A stretch of 64,000 nt of DNA from NCBI GenBank assembly GCA_964390515.1, contig CAYMIU010000005.1, forward strand, positions 13,912 through 77,911, given 5' to 3'. Origin of the DNA: an uncultured Stakelama sp. GTDB lineage: Bacteria; Pseudomonadota; Alphaproteobacteria; Sphingomonadales; Sphingomonadaceae. The position numbers and the translations under genes were made by a program. A model generated the notes under the pieces. That model saw only the letters and a list, made by a program, of their open reading frames with translations, did no database searches and was not told the origin of the DNA. Positions 47,708-56,627 of this stretch are shown here, piece by piece. Every line of letters starts with the position of its first letter. Within the stretch, counting starts at the first letter, position 1.

Positions 47708-48592
47708 ATGCCGACGATCACTGCGGGCGACCTCGACTTCGCCTGTTCGCTCCTCGGGCCGGACGACGGTGCGCCCGTCCTGCTGCTCCACGGCTGGCCG
47801 GACGACGCCTCGACGTGGGACGCGGTCGCGCCAGTGATCGCTGCCACGGGACGACGGGTGATCGTGCCGACGCTTCGCGGCTTCGGCGACACCCGGTTCC
47901 GCGAGGCGGAGGTGCCGCGCACCGGCAACAGCGCGATTCACGCGACGGACATGATCGCCTTGCTGGACGCACTGGGCGTCGAGCGGCTGGCCGTGATCGG
48001 CCATGACTGGGGTTCGAACATCGCCGAGGCGCTGGCGGTCGGCTGGCTCGAACGGGTCGAGCGGATCGCGATGCTCGCCACGCCGCCGCGGATCGGCGGC
48101 ATGCCGACACCGGCATTCCACCAGGCGCAGCTCTACTGGTATCACTGGTTCATGGCGACCGAGCGTGGAGCGCAGGCGGTCCGCGCCGACCCGCATGGCT
48201 TCGCGCATATCCACTGGCAGAACTGGGCACCGCCGGGCTGGTTTGACGAGACGACGTTCCGCAAGGTCGCGCGCTCGTTCAACAATCCCGACTGGGTCGA
48301 CGTTACACTCCACAGCTACAGGTCGCGCTGGGAGAACGCCGCTCCGGACCCGCGCAGCGAGTGGCTCGAGACGAAGATCAAGGCAATGACCAAGCTCTCA
48401 CTCCCGACCCTGTTCATCAAGGGCCATGTCGACGGAGTCACCGCGCAGGACAGCTTCGCCAAGGTGCCGGCCAAGTTCGACGGACCTTTCGAGATGGTGG
48501 GTCTGCCCAGCGTCGGTCATTTTCCGCAGCGTGAGGCTCCAGCGGAGGTGGCCGACCTGCTGGTCGCGTTCCTCGACGGCACGCGGCCATGA
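47708..48592 (+). CDS. Alpha/beta hydrolase, epoxide-hydrolase-like
   Basis: LLHGWPD, GHDWG (Asp nucleophile), lid tyrosines, GHFPQRE. Confidence 0.85.
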   Translation: MPTITAGDLDFACSLLGPDDGAPVLLLHGWPDDASTWDAVAPVIAATGRRVIVPTLRGFGDTRFREAEVPRTGNSAIHATDMIALLDALGVERLAVIGHDWGSNIAEALAVGWLERVERIAMLATPPRIGGMPTPAFHQAQLYWYHWFMATERGAQAVRADPHGFAHIHWQNWAPPGWFDETTFRKVARSFNNPDWVDVTLHSYRSRWENAAPDPRSEWLETKIKAMTKLSLPTLFIKGHVDGVTAQDSFAKVPAKFDGPFEMVGLPSVGHFPQREAPAEVADLLVAFLDGTRP

Positions 48593-48638
48593 TCCCTTCC
48601 TGCCGCCAGCGGCGAACCACAATGAGGAGAGAGACTGC

Positions 48639-49724
48639 ATGAAACTGCTCGCACTGCTGGCCAGCGTTGCCGGCGTCGCGGTGGCCGTGCCCGCCTTCGG
48701 ACAATCCCTGACACCCGTCGCTACCTTCGACCATCAGGTGACCGGAGTTGCCGTGAGCGCGGACGGTCGCCGCTTCGTCAACTTTCCCCGCTGGACGGAG
48801 GACGCGCCGATCTCGGTGGCCGAAGTCGCGCGGGACGGCTCCCTCAAGGCGTACCCGGACGCGCGCTGGAACGAGTGGCGCAACGCGCGCGCGGGCGAGC
48901 TGCCGGTCAACGACCATTTCGTCTGCGTGCAATCGGTCGTGCCCGACGGGCAGGGCAACCTCTGGGTGGTCGACGCCGGTGCGCCCGGCAACGAGAAGAT
49001 CCTGGAGGGCGCACCCAAGCTGGTGAAGATCAGCCTCGCGACCAACCAGGTCACCAAGGTGATCGCCATACCGGGCGACGTCGCGTTGCAGGGTACCTAC
49101 CTGAACGACATCCGCTTCTCGCCCGACGGCGGCACCGCCTACATCACCGACAGCGGCACGCGCGGTGCTATCATCATCGTCGACCTGGCGAGTGGGCGGT
49201 CGTGGCGCGCTCTCGATGGCAGCCCGACCACGCAGGTCGACAAGACGGTCAAGGTCATGCTCGACGGCAAGCCTCTGCGGCGACCCGACGGTCGCCAACC
49301 GATGTTCGCCGCCGACGGCATCGCCATCTCGAACGACGGCCGGACGCTCTACTGGCAGGCGCTGACCGGGCAGACGCTCTACTCGATCGACACAGGCCTG
49401 CTGCGCCAGGAGATCGGCGAAAAGGAGCGGCAGCTCGCGGTCAGGACGGTCGCGCGCACCCAGGTGACCGACGGCATCTGGATGAGCAAGGCAGGCACGC
49501 TCTACCTGACCTCGCCGACCGACTATTCGGTCAAGCGGCTGAACGGCGCCATCGTGGAGACGGTTCTGACCGACCGCCGGCTGCGCTGGCCCGACACCAT
49601 GGCCGAGGGCGCGGACGGTACGCTCTACGTGACCGCCAGCCACATCCAGGACTCGATGTGGTTTAAGCCCGGCGCGCCGCCCGCGCTCAGGACCGAGCTC
49701 TTCTCCTTCAAACCGACGCGCTGA
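48639..49724 (+). CDS. Exported Yellow/MRJP-like beta-propeller protein
   Basis: Signal peptide; QVTGVAVS..RFVNFPRW, CVQSVV.D, LNDIRF, ADGIAIS. Confidence 0.85.
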   Translation: MKLLALLASVAGVAVAVPAFGQSLTPVATFDHQVTGVAVSADGRRFVNFPRWTEDAPISVAEVARDGSLKAYPDARWNEWRNARAGELPVNDHFVCVQSVVPDGQGNLWVVDAGAPGNEKILEGAPKLVKISLATNQVTKVIAIPGDVALQGTYLNDIRFSPDGGTAYITDSGTRGAIIIVDLASGRSWRALDGSPTTQVDKTVKVMLDGKPLRRPDGRQPMFAADGIAISNDGRTLYWQALTGQTLYSIDTGLLRQEIGEKERQLAVRTVARTQVTDGIWMSKAGTLYLTSPTDYSVKRLNGAIVETVLTDRRLRWPDTMAEGADGTLYVTASHIQDSMWFKPGAPPALRTELFSFKPTR

Positions 49725-49731
49725 GGTGCCG

Positions 49732-50814
49732 ATGACCTATCTTAACTACCGTCTCGAGATCGAGCAGCCCGAGGCAGGCGAGCAGGAGACGATAGACGGC
49801 ATCATCCGCGGCATGACGCAGCAGAGCGAAACGGTGGAGCAGCGCGAGCATCACGCCGTGCGCGCAAGCCATGCCAAGTCGAGCGCGCTGGTCATGGGTA
49901 TGCTGGAGATTCCCGCTGACCTGCCGCCCGAACTGGCGCAGGGGCTGTTCGCCACCCCCGGGACCCATCCGGTAGCTGTCCGCTTCGCACAGGGTCCTGG
50001 TGAGACGCTCGGTGACCGTGTCTCCACCCATCGCGGCATGGCGATCAAGGTCTATGACGTGCCCGGCGAGAAACTGCCCGAGCACAATACCGAGACGCAG
50101 GACTTCGTGCTGGCGACCGGCACCACCTTCCCGTCCGGCACCGCCAAGGGCTTCCTCCGCGACGGCACGGTGATCGGCAAATCGTCCGCTCTCCCAGAGG
50201 GAGCCAAGAGCGCGGTTTCGTCGGCCGCGCGCAACTTCAATCGCCTGTTGCACGCGGTCGGCACTGAAAGCCCGATGGCCGACTTCTTCGGTCATCCGTT
50301 CAGCCATCCGCTCGCCGATCCGTACTTTAGCCAGGCGCCGATCCGCTTCGGCGATCATGTCGCCAAGCTCGGCGCCTTCCCGGCGACGCCGGCCCAGGCC
50401 GCGCTCAAGGACTGGCGGCTCGACCCGAAAGAGGACGAGGACGGCTTCCGCCATGCCGCGACCGCCTTCTTCCGCGACAATGAGGTCGTCTTCGAACTGC
50501 GGGCGCAGCTCTGGACTGATGCCGACAGGCAGCCGATCGAGGACGCGTCTGTGGACTGGCCAGTGACGGAGAGTCCCTACCGCACGGTCGCTACGATCCG
50601 TCTGCCGGCGCAGGACGCCTACAGCGCCGCGCGCCAGCGCTACTTCGACGAGGAGATGACCTTCCGTCCGGCAAACAGCCTGCTTGCGCACCGGCCGCTC
50701 GGATCGGTGATGCGGGCGCGGCTGCAAGTCTACCGCGCGCTCGCCGCATTCCGGCAGCACGAGAACGGAGTGACGCCGGCCCGCCAGGCGGACATCGCCG
50801 AGGTGCCGGCATAA
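49732..50814 (+). CDS. Small catalase-like heme protein 2
   Basis: RASHAKS, VRFA, HRPLGSVMRARLQVY; paralogous to 46608-47696. Confidence 0.88.
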   Translation: MTYLNYRLEIEQPEAGEQETIDGIIRGMTQQSETVEQREHHAVRASHAKSSALVMGMLEIPADLPPELAQGLFATPGTHPVAVRFAQGPGETLGDRVSTHRGMAIKVYDVPGEKLPEHNTETQDFVLATGTTFPSGTAKGFLRDGTVIGKSSALPEGAKSAVSSAARNFNRLLHAVGTESPMADFFGHPFSHPLADPYFSQAPIRFGDHVAKLGAFPATPAQAALKDWRLDPKEDEDGFRHAATAFFRDNEVVFELRAQLWTDADRQPIEDASVDWPVTESPYRTVATIRLPAQDAYSAARQRYFDEEMTFRPANSLLAHRPLGSVMRARLQVYRALAAFRQHENGVTPARQADIAEVPA

Positions 50815-51310
50815 GCAACTACAGTAGTCCGGCACGCCTCGCCGGTGCCGTCGCGGGCGGATTGATCGCCGGACTGGACATCACCGCCATGCCGATGGCG
50901 GGTGAGAGCAAGAGCGGCTGCCATCCGAACTGGCCGACCTCGAAGGGACCGGCGCCGAGCGCGTCGGACTGGCCTTGCCCGCTGCCGACACCGTCTCTGA
51001 CGCGCGCGAGCAGGCGATCATACAGGGCGGTCACCTGGCCCTGTCGGCGGTCGCGGGCGCCGGCTACGCGACGGCGGTCGACGAGGACGCAGCCCTTACG
51101 GCGGTCGACGAGGACGCACCCATTCTGGCAAGTGGGATCGGCTTCAGCCTCGCCTTCTACGCGGTCGCCCACTGGATCGTTGGACCGTTGCTCGGGCTCA
51201 AGCAGCCCGAGTGGCGGTCGGATGTGAAAACGATTGCCATGCACACGCTGAACCATGTCGGTTTCGGCCTCGTTACCGCACTCGGCGCCCGCGCCTCATT
51301 TAGGATCTGA
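50811..51310 (+). pseudogene. Degraded membrane-protein gene (DUF1440-like)
   Basis: Would-be start reads ATA overlapping the catalase stop. Frameshift near 50915 and a 21-bp tandem duplication (51071-51091 / 51098-51118). C-terminal HLALSAVAGAGY..HTLNHVGFGLVT is intact. Confidence 0.6.
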
Positions 51311-51325
51311 TCGGAGTACGATCCC

Positions 51326-51571
51326 GTGAAGGCCGTCTACTTCCCTGCCTTCCGGGACCTCGACGAAGCTTGGTGGGACCGGTGTATCGCGCCCGAGTTC
51401 GTCCGGCATGATCCCAATCTCGACTTCGAGGTGCGCCGCCCCGGCGGCGTCCGCAAGCTCGGTGCGATGATGCTCGCCGGCTTGTCCGGGATCGGTTTCG
51501 CCGGCGCCGTCCGCGTGACCTATTCGCTTCCGATAGCAGCGGGCTCTGCTTCACCAAGTCCACTTGGTTGA
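51326..51571 (+). pseudogene. Truncated SnoaL-like (ester cyclase) remnant
   Basis: DRCIAPEFVRHDP..GGVRKL..GLSGI, then diverges into repeat-like intergenic sequence. Confidence 0.4.
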
Positions 51572-51861
51572 CCCTCGTGCGTTGCCGTCCGACTGAATGG
51601 CAGCGTACCGTGATGGCGGCTTGATAGCGGTCGAGCAACCCGCCACCAGCGTTCTGACGTACTGGCTCGCGGACTACGGGCTGCAGACAGCGCAACAAAC
51701 GATAGGCAAATCGAAGTGTTGCTGATCTCTGGCCCTGATCTTGGCGATCGGCGGCTTCCGTCAGATCCGGACGTTCGGACCAATACACGTGAACGGCAAT
51801 ATCTGATCGAGACCAGTCGGAGCGTCGCAGCGGCGGCTCAGCGCACACCTGCTAAAGCCCC

Positions 51862-51886
51862 GGAACGTCGCGGTCGTAAGAGCGTC
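51862..51886 (+). promoter_or_regulatory. EcfG-like promoter
   Basis: GGAAC-N16-CGTC, 9 bp before ATG 51896. Confidence 0.55.
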
Positions 51887-51895
51887 ATCTACAGC

Positions 51896-52294
51896 ATGAT
51901 GTCGACCCCGACCGATATGACAAGCGTTGTCGATCAGCCGCTGGCACAACATGCACGAACTGCTGCATCTGTCGGAGAGCGAGATGCCATCACCGGCATC
52001 TTTCCTCCGGTCACGCCAGACGGTCGCTACATCGTCGCGCGCGGCCGGCTGTGGCGCCGCGCCAACCCGGCACTTGGTAATGCGCGGCGGACGGCACTCA
52101 TCGCTGAACTGATGGGCGCTCGTAGCGCTGTCGGCGCCGCGCTCCGCAGCCAAGATTCTATAGCGCTCTTGGCAGCCCGTGGCCGGGTTCACGCAGTGAA
52201 GGTTGCGCTGGGCGATCGCGGCTCGGTGTGGTGGACCGATGGTGCGCCCGACCAGAACCATCGCCTGGCGCGGAACACCAGTTACAACGATTGA
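51896..52294 (+). CDS. Conserved-looking hypothetical protein
   Basis: PVTPDGRYIVARGRLWRRANP..KVALGDRGSVWWTDGAPD. Confidence 0.7.
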   Translation: MMSTPTDMTSVVDQPLAQHARTAASVGERDAITGIFPPVTPDGRYIVARGRLWRRANPALGNARRTALIAELMGARSAVGAALRSQDSIALLAARGRVHAVKVALGDRGSVWWTDGAPDQNHRLARNTSYND

Positions 52295-52317
52295 TACGCG
52301 AGCCTGGAGCGAGACGC

Positions 52318-52941
52318 ATGACCGATGCCGAAGCACTGGGCTTACCATCTGGGGCGTTCGCCAAGGGTGACGGCACGGCTGATCTCGACTTCTACGCGCC
52401 CGCCCGACTGGTCACGCATATCGACGAGGAGGCCATTAGGGCCTTGGCCGCGTTCTATGCATCGCAGCTGTACGCAGGTGATCGCGTGCTGGACCTCATG
52501 TCGAGTTGGGTCAGCCACCTTCCCGATGATCTCGCAGTCGAGGTGGTCGGCCATGGCATGAACGCCGAGGAGCTGGCGGCCAATCCGCGCCTCCAGCGAT
52601 GGTTCGTCCAGGATCTCAACCTGGACACCCGCCTGCCCGAGCCTGATCAATCGCTCGACGCGGTGCTGGTGTGCGTGGGCGTGCAATATCTGCAGCATCC
52701 GCTGGCTGTCTTCCGCGAGATCAAGCGCCTTCTCGTGCCAGGTGGCCGAGCCATCGCCAGCTTCTCTAACCGCTGCTTTCCGACCAAGGCAGTGGCGATC
52801 TGGCGCGCTCTCGACATGAACGGCCAGGCAGCGTTGATCAGGCTCTACCTCGACCGGGCCGGCTTCCAGGACGTCGAGGCGCATCTTCTCGCCGACGGCG
52901 CAGCAGGCGATCCCTTGGTCGCTGTTGTCGGACGAGCCTGA
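52318..52941 (+). CDS. Class I SAM-dependent methyltransferase (type 11-like)
   Basis: FYAPARLVTHID, VLDLMSSWVSHLP, GHGMNAEELAAN, SFSNRCFPTKA. Confidence 0.85.
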   Translation: MTDAEALGLPSGAFAKGDGTADLDFYAPARLVTHIDEEAIRALAAFYASQLYAGDRVLDLMSSWVSHLPDDLAVEVVGHGMNAEELAANPRLQRWFVQDLNLDTRLPEPDQSLDAVLVCVGVQYLQHPLAVFREIKRLLVPGGRAIASFSNRCFPTKAVAIWRALDMNGQAALIRLYLDRAGFQDVEAHLLADGAAGDPLVAVVGRA

Positions 52942-52943
52942 GG

Positions 52944-53129
52944 TCAGCCGAAGTTGATTGCGCCCTCGAGCCCGACGACGTTTCCGGCCATGCCGGGAAC
53001 CTCTTCAAGCTGTCGGAGTGCCTCGAACCTTCCGCGGTCCTCACGGTAGCGGACAATCTCGAAGCCGTGGCCTTTCAGCTGCGGGACCGCGTCGATCTCC
53101 GCTGCCGAAGCCGTGTTGATGTCGATCAT
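52944..53129 (-). CDS. Small helix-hairpin-helix (ComEA-like) protein
   Basis: IDINTASAAEIDAVP..IVRYRE..GRF..LEEVPGM. Confidence 0.8.
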   Translation of the reverse strand: MIDINTASAAEIDAVPQLKGHGFEIVRYREDRGRFEALRQLEEVPGMAGNVVGLEGAINFG

Positions 53130-53623
53130 GGCCTTGCGCCCCAATGCCTCATCAGCGCACCTCCCGCACCCTCGACCGGATCGGCCCGGGGCAGTGGGAC
53201 GGCCGCAATACGCGCAAGCGCCGCCTCGTCCGGAGCCTCGCGGCAAATGTCCCAATCCTGATCCTGCGGATAGGCACCAACCAGAAGGAAGTCGCCACTG
53301 GCCTTGATCCGGCAATGGCCCGTCCCAGCCGGCAGGACGAGCAGATCACCTGCCGCGACGTGAACCTGTCGACCGCCTTCGCCACCCAGCATCAGTTCAG
53401 CCGAACCGCTTGTGCACGCGAGCGCCTCGTGCGCGGTCGAATGATAGTGATGATAGGGATAGACGCCGTCGCGCCAGTCTGGCCGCCATCCATTCTGACA
53501 CAGCCTTGCCTCGATCGCGTCAGGATCCCCGACCGGCACGACATTTCGCCAGACCAGCACCGGCAGTTCGCTGTTCGGTACCCAGCCGTTAGGTTCAAAC
53601 GCCCATATCTCCGGCTCGCTCAC
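53126..53623 (-). CDS. Cupin-domain protein
   Basis: YHHYHSTAHEAL..GDLLVLPAGTGH cupin motifs. Confidence 0.85.
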   Translation of the reverse strand: MSEPEIWAFEPNGWVPNSELPVLVWRNVVPVGDPDAIEARLCQNGWRPDWRDGVYPYHHYHSTAHEALACTSGSAELMLGGEGGRQVHVAAGDLLVLPAGTGHCRIKASGDFLLVGAYPQDQDWDICREAPDEAALARIAAVPLPRADPVEGAGGALMRHWGARP

Positions 53624-54111
53624 AGGTTCGCCTGCTCGTCGGTAGAGAGATCTGCATCGGGCGGATAGTAGAGCGCGGCGCATTCCTCACGCAAACACCC
53701 GCCTTCGATCACGATATCGTCGCGATACGCGTCCGCGATGAACGACAACGTGTCGACATGCTTCGTTTCGAAGTACATCGCATGGACATCGTCTCGGCCG
53801 GCACCGTAGACTACGCGGCCGACCTTCGACCAGATCGATGCCATCGTGCACATGCCGCAGGGTTGCAGCGTCGAGTAGAGGGTTGCGCCCCGCAGCTCCA
53901 TGTCGCCCGTACCCTCACAGGCCCGACGGATGGCCATCATCTCGGCATGCGCGGTAGCATCAGGCAGTTCCTCGGTCTGGTTGCGCTCACCTGCAATCTC
54001 ACGGCCAGCAAGGACGATCACCGAGCCGAGCGGCGAGTTCGATGGGTCCGATCCTTTAGAGCGCGCGATCTCGATCGCGCGGCGCATCCAGCGTTCGTCG
54101 TCCTGGTTCAT
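53620..54111 (-). CDS. Nucleoside/nucleobase deaminase (CDA/TadA fold)
   Basis: TAHAEMMAIR and QPCGMC zinc motifs. Confidence 0.9.
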   Translation of the reverse strand: MNQDDERWMRRAIEIARSKGSDPSNSPLGSVIVLAGREIAGERNQTEELPDATAHAEMMAIRRACEGTGDMELRGATLYSTLQPCGMCTMASIWSKVGRVVYGAGRDDVHAMYFETKHVDTLSFIADAYRDDIVIEGGCLREECAALYYPPDADLSTDEQANL

Positions 54112-54120
54112 GCCGGGCTG

Positions 54121-54145
54121 AACGCCGCAAGACGGATCCCGGTCC
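54121..54145 (-). promoter_or_regulatory. EcfG-like promoter (near-leaderless) for the deaminase operon
   Basis: Minus strand GGACC-N16-CGTT, 9 nt before the ATG. Confidence 0.5.
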
Positions 54146-54216
54146 GCCCCTCGCCCTTAGCACTGTGCTCAGGGCTGATGCTGAATCCGAACCTTGACCC
54201 GCGCCGCCGATGGCGG

Positions 54217-54231
54217 GAACATAAAGGGAAC
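54217..54231. promoter_or_regulatory. LexA (SOS) box of imuA
   Basis: GAAC-ATAAAGG-GAAC 19 bp before ATG 54251. Confidence 0.85.
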
Positions 54232-54250
54232 GCATGAGTCGATTCTGCCG

Positions 54251-55012
54251 ATGCCTGACGCCGTTACCCGATCCGAGCTTCTATCGCACCAGCGGGACAC
54301 GATCGCAGACGCGCGTCCGCGTACCACCGCAGCCGTTCCGTTTCTGCTGGACGAGATCGATACCCGCCTTGCCGACGGCGGACTGGACGGCGCGGCCCTG
54401 CACGAAACGGCACCCGCCTCTCCGTCTCTCAACGACGAGGCGGCGACGACCCTCTTCACCGCAGGGATTGCCGCCCGGCTTGCGGCAACCGCCGGTTCGC
54501 GCGTGCTCTGGGTGGTCAGCCGGTTCGATCTGTACGCCCCCGGTCTCGAGCAGGCGGGACTGCCTCCCGGCCACATCATCTTCGCGGAAGGCCGCGAGGA
54601 TCGTGACGTGCTGGCGCTGATGGAGGACGGCCTGCGGCATGGCGGCCTTGCGGCTGTCATCGGCGAGGTTCGGCGCGCCGACATGACCGCGAGCCGGCGT
54701 CTTCAGCTCGCCGCCGATGCGGGCAGGACCCCCGCCTTCCTGTCCCGGCGCTGGCGCAAGCAGGGCGTCTGCCCTTTGAGCGAACTCTCCGCGGCGACCA
54801 CACGCTGGCGGCTGAGCTGCGCTCCGTCCGGCAAGCTTCCCGCCCCCGGCGTCGGCCGGGCTCGCTGGATTGTCGAGCTTGTCCGACAGCGGAACGGCAA
54901 TCCTTTCTCTCTCCTGGTCGAGGCATGCGATGACACGGGTCGCCTCGCTCTACCTGCCGGCGCTCAGCATCGAGCGGCTCCGGCGGTCAGAGCGACCGCG
55001 CGCGCAGCCTGA
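54251..55012 (+). CDS. imuA: ImuA
   Basis: IDTRLADGGL..ALHE, DLYAPGL..GL, MEDGLRHGGL, ASRRLQLAA, ATTRWRL. Confidence 0.9.
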   Translation: MPDAVTRSELLSHQRDTIADARPRTTAAVPFLLDEIDTRLADGGLDGAALHETAPASPSLNDEAATTLFTAGIAARLAATAGSRVLWVVSRFDLYAPGLEQAGLPPGHIIFAEGREDRDVLALMEDGLRHGGLAAVIGEVRRADMTASRRLQLAADAGRTPAFLSRRWRKQGVCPLSELSAATTRWRLSCAPSGKLPAPGVGRARWIVELVRQRNGNPFSLLVEACDDTGRLALPAGAQHRAAPAVRATARAA

Positions 55013-56627
55013 GGCGCGTGCCACCCCATCCCTGCCCGTCGACGATGACCCTGGCGCCTGCTCGGTGCCACGGGGCGGTCACTGGCGTCCGGGCGCACGC
55101 TGGGCGCGTGGCGAAGACCCTGCTCGCGCGGCGATCGCTGCAGAAGCAGGTCGCCTGGCGCTTCACCAGCAACCGACCATGCGCGAGCTTGGGCGGCGAT
55201 CGGAAGCCGCGGAGCATCCGTTCAGAGGCCGACAGCACACGCCGCTCGCCGCCGCCCCGACGCCATCGCGGCGGGAAGAACCGGCGGCAGCCCCGCTGAT
55301 CCTCGCAAGCCAGGTCGGCAACAGGCAGTTGATCGCGGCATCGTGTCCGGCCGCACGCGCGCTTGGCCTCGCGCCCGGCATGCCGGTCACTCAGGCGCGC
55401 GCTTGTTCCAGATCTCGACATCCGTCCGGCCGATTCCGAAGCCGATCAGCAGTTCCTAGAACAGTTCGTCCTTCACGCGAGCCGGCACTGGACACCGACT
55501 GCGGCAGTGAGCGGCCCGGACGGGCTATGGCTCGAGCTGACGGGCGTCACGCACCTTCACGGCGGCGAGAAGCGCTTCTGCGAACGCGTGATCAGCTTCT
55601 GCCGTCGCCTCCGTCTCACCGCGCGCATCGCAGTGGCAGCGACGCCGGGTGCGGCGCACGCGTTGGCACGGTTCGGTGAGGGTCCCGTCACGCGGATCGA
55701 GGTTGGCGATGAGGCCCAGGCGCTCGCAGCCTTACCGCTCGCCAGCCTGCGGCTTGCGCCCGAGGTATTCGACGGCTCGACGAGGCGCTCGGACGTCTTG
55801 CCGAGCCGATCGTACCGGTGGTGCCCGAAGAGGCACCGGTCGCGACGCTACGACTGCTGGAACCGATCGCCACGGCGGACGCGATTGAGCAGGTGATCGC
55901 CGACCTGCTCGGAATGATCGTCGCGCAGCTTCGGGATCGTGGAGCCGGCGCACGATCGCTCGTCCTGCTGCTCGACAGGATCGACGGGAGCGAGCAGCGG
56001 CTCGGCGTCGGCACGGTCCGCGCCACCCGCGATCCCGTCCATCTCGCCCACCTCTTCCACCTCCGCATCGAACGCATCGATCCCGGTGGCGGCATCGAGA
56101 CGATGCGGCTGGTCGCGACCCGGATCGAACCGCTGGATGCAACGCCGGTCGGCGGCATTCTCGCCGGAGATGCTGGCACTGCCGATCTCGCCACGCTCGT
56201 CGACCAACTGGCCGGCCGTGCGGGCGCCGAGGCACTCTTCACGATCGGATCGATCGAGAGCGACGTGCCTGAGCGCGCCACCGTCCGCTCGCACCCCCTC
56301 GACACACCGCCGGGATGGCCGGCCTGGAAGCGCCCGGTGAAGCTGCTGCGCCGGCCTGAGCCGCTGACCAACGTCATAGCGCTTCTTCCCGATCATCCTC
56401 CCCGCCGGTTCACCTGGCGCGGGTCGGTGCACGCGGTCGTGGCAGGGGACGGTCCGGAGCGCATCCACGGCGAGTGGTGGCGCCGCGATGGCGAGGTCTG
56501 GGCGGTCCGGGACTATTTCCGCGTCGAAGACGAGAGCGGTGCCCGCTTCTGGCTGTTCCGACGCGGCGACGGCGTGGACGACACGACCGGCGACCTCAGC
56601 TGGTACCTGCACGGGCTGTTCGGCTGA
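54930..56627 (+). pseudogene. imuB: ImuB (Y-family polymerase-like), two frameshifts and an internal deletion
   Basis: Frame 1 MTRVASLYLP..GMPVTQARA; frame 2 LVPDL..WTPTAAVSGPDGLWLE..LRLAPEV; frame 3 [36 protein letters not shown]. Confidence 0.85.

Noticed and set aside
51071-51118. Direct repeat pair as a CRISPR remnant
   Set aside because: Only two 21-bp copies with a 6-bp gap, in frame within a decayed CDS; no cas genes. No CRISPR array anywhere in the window.
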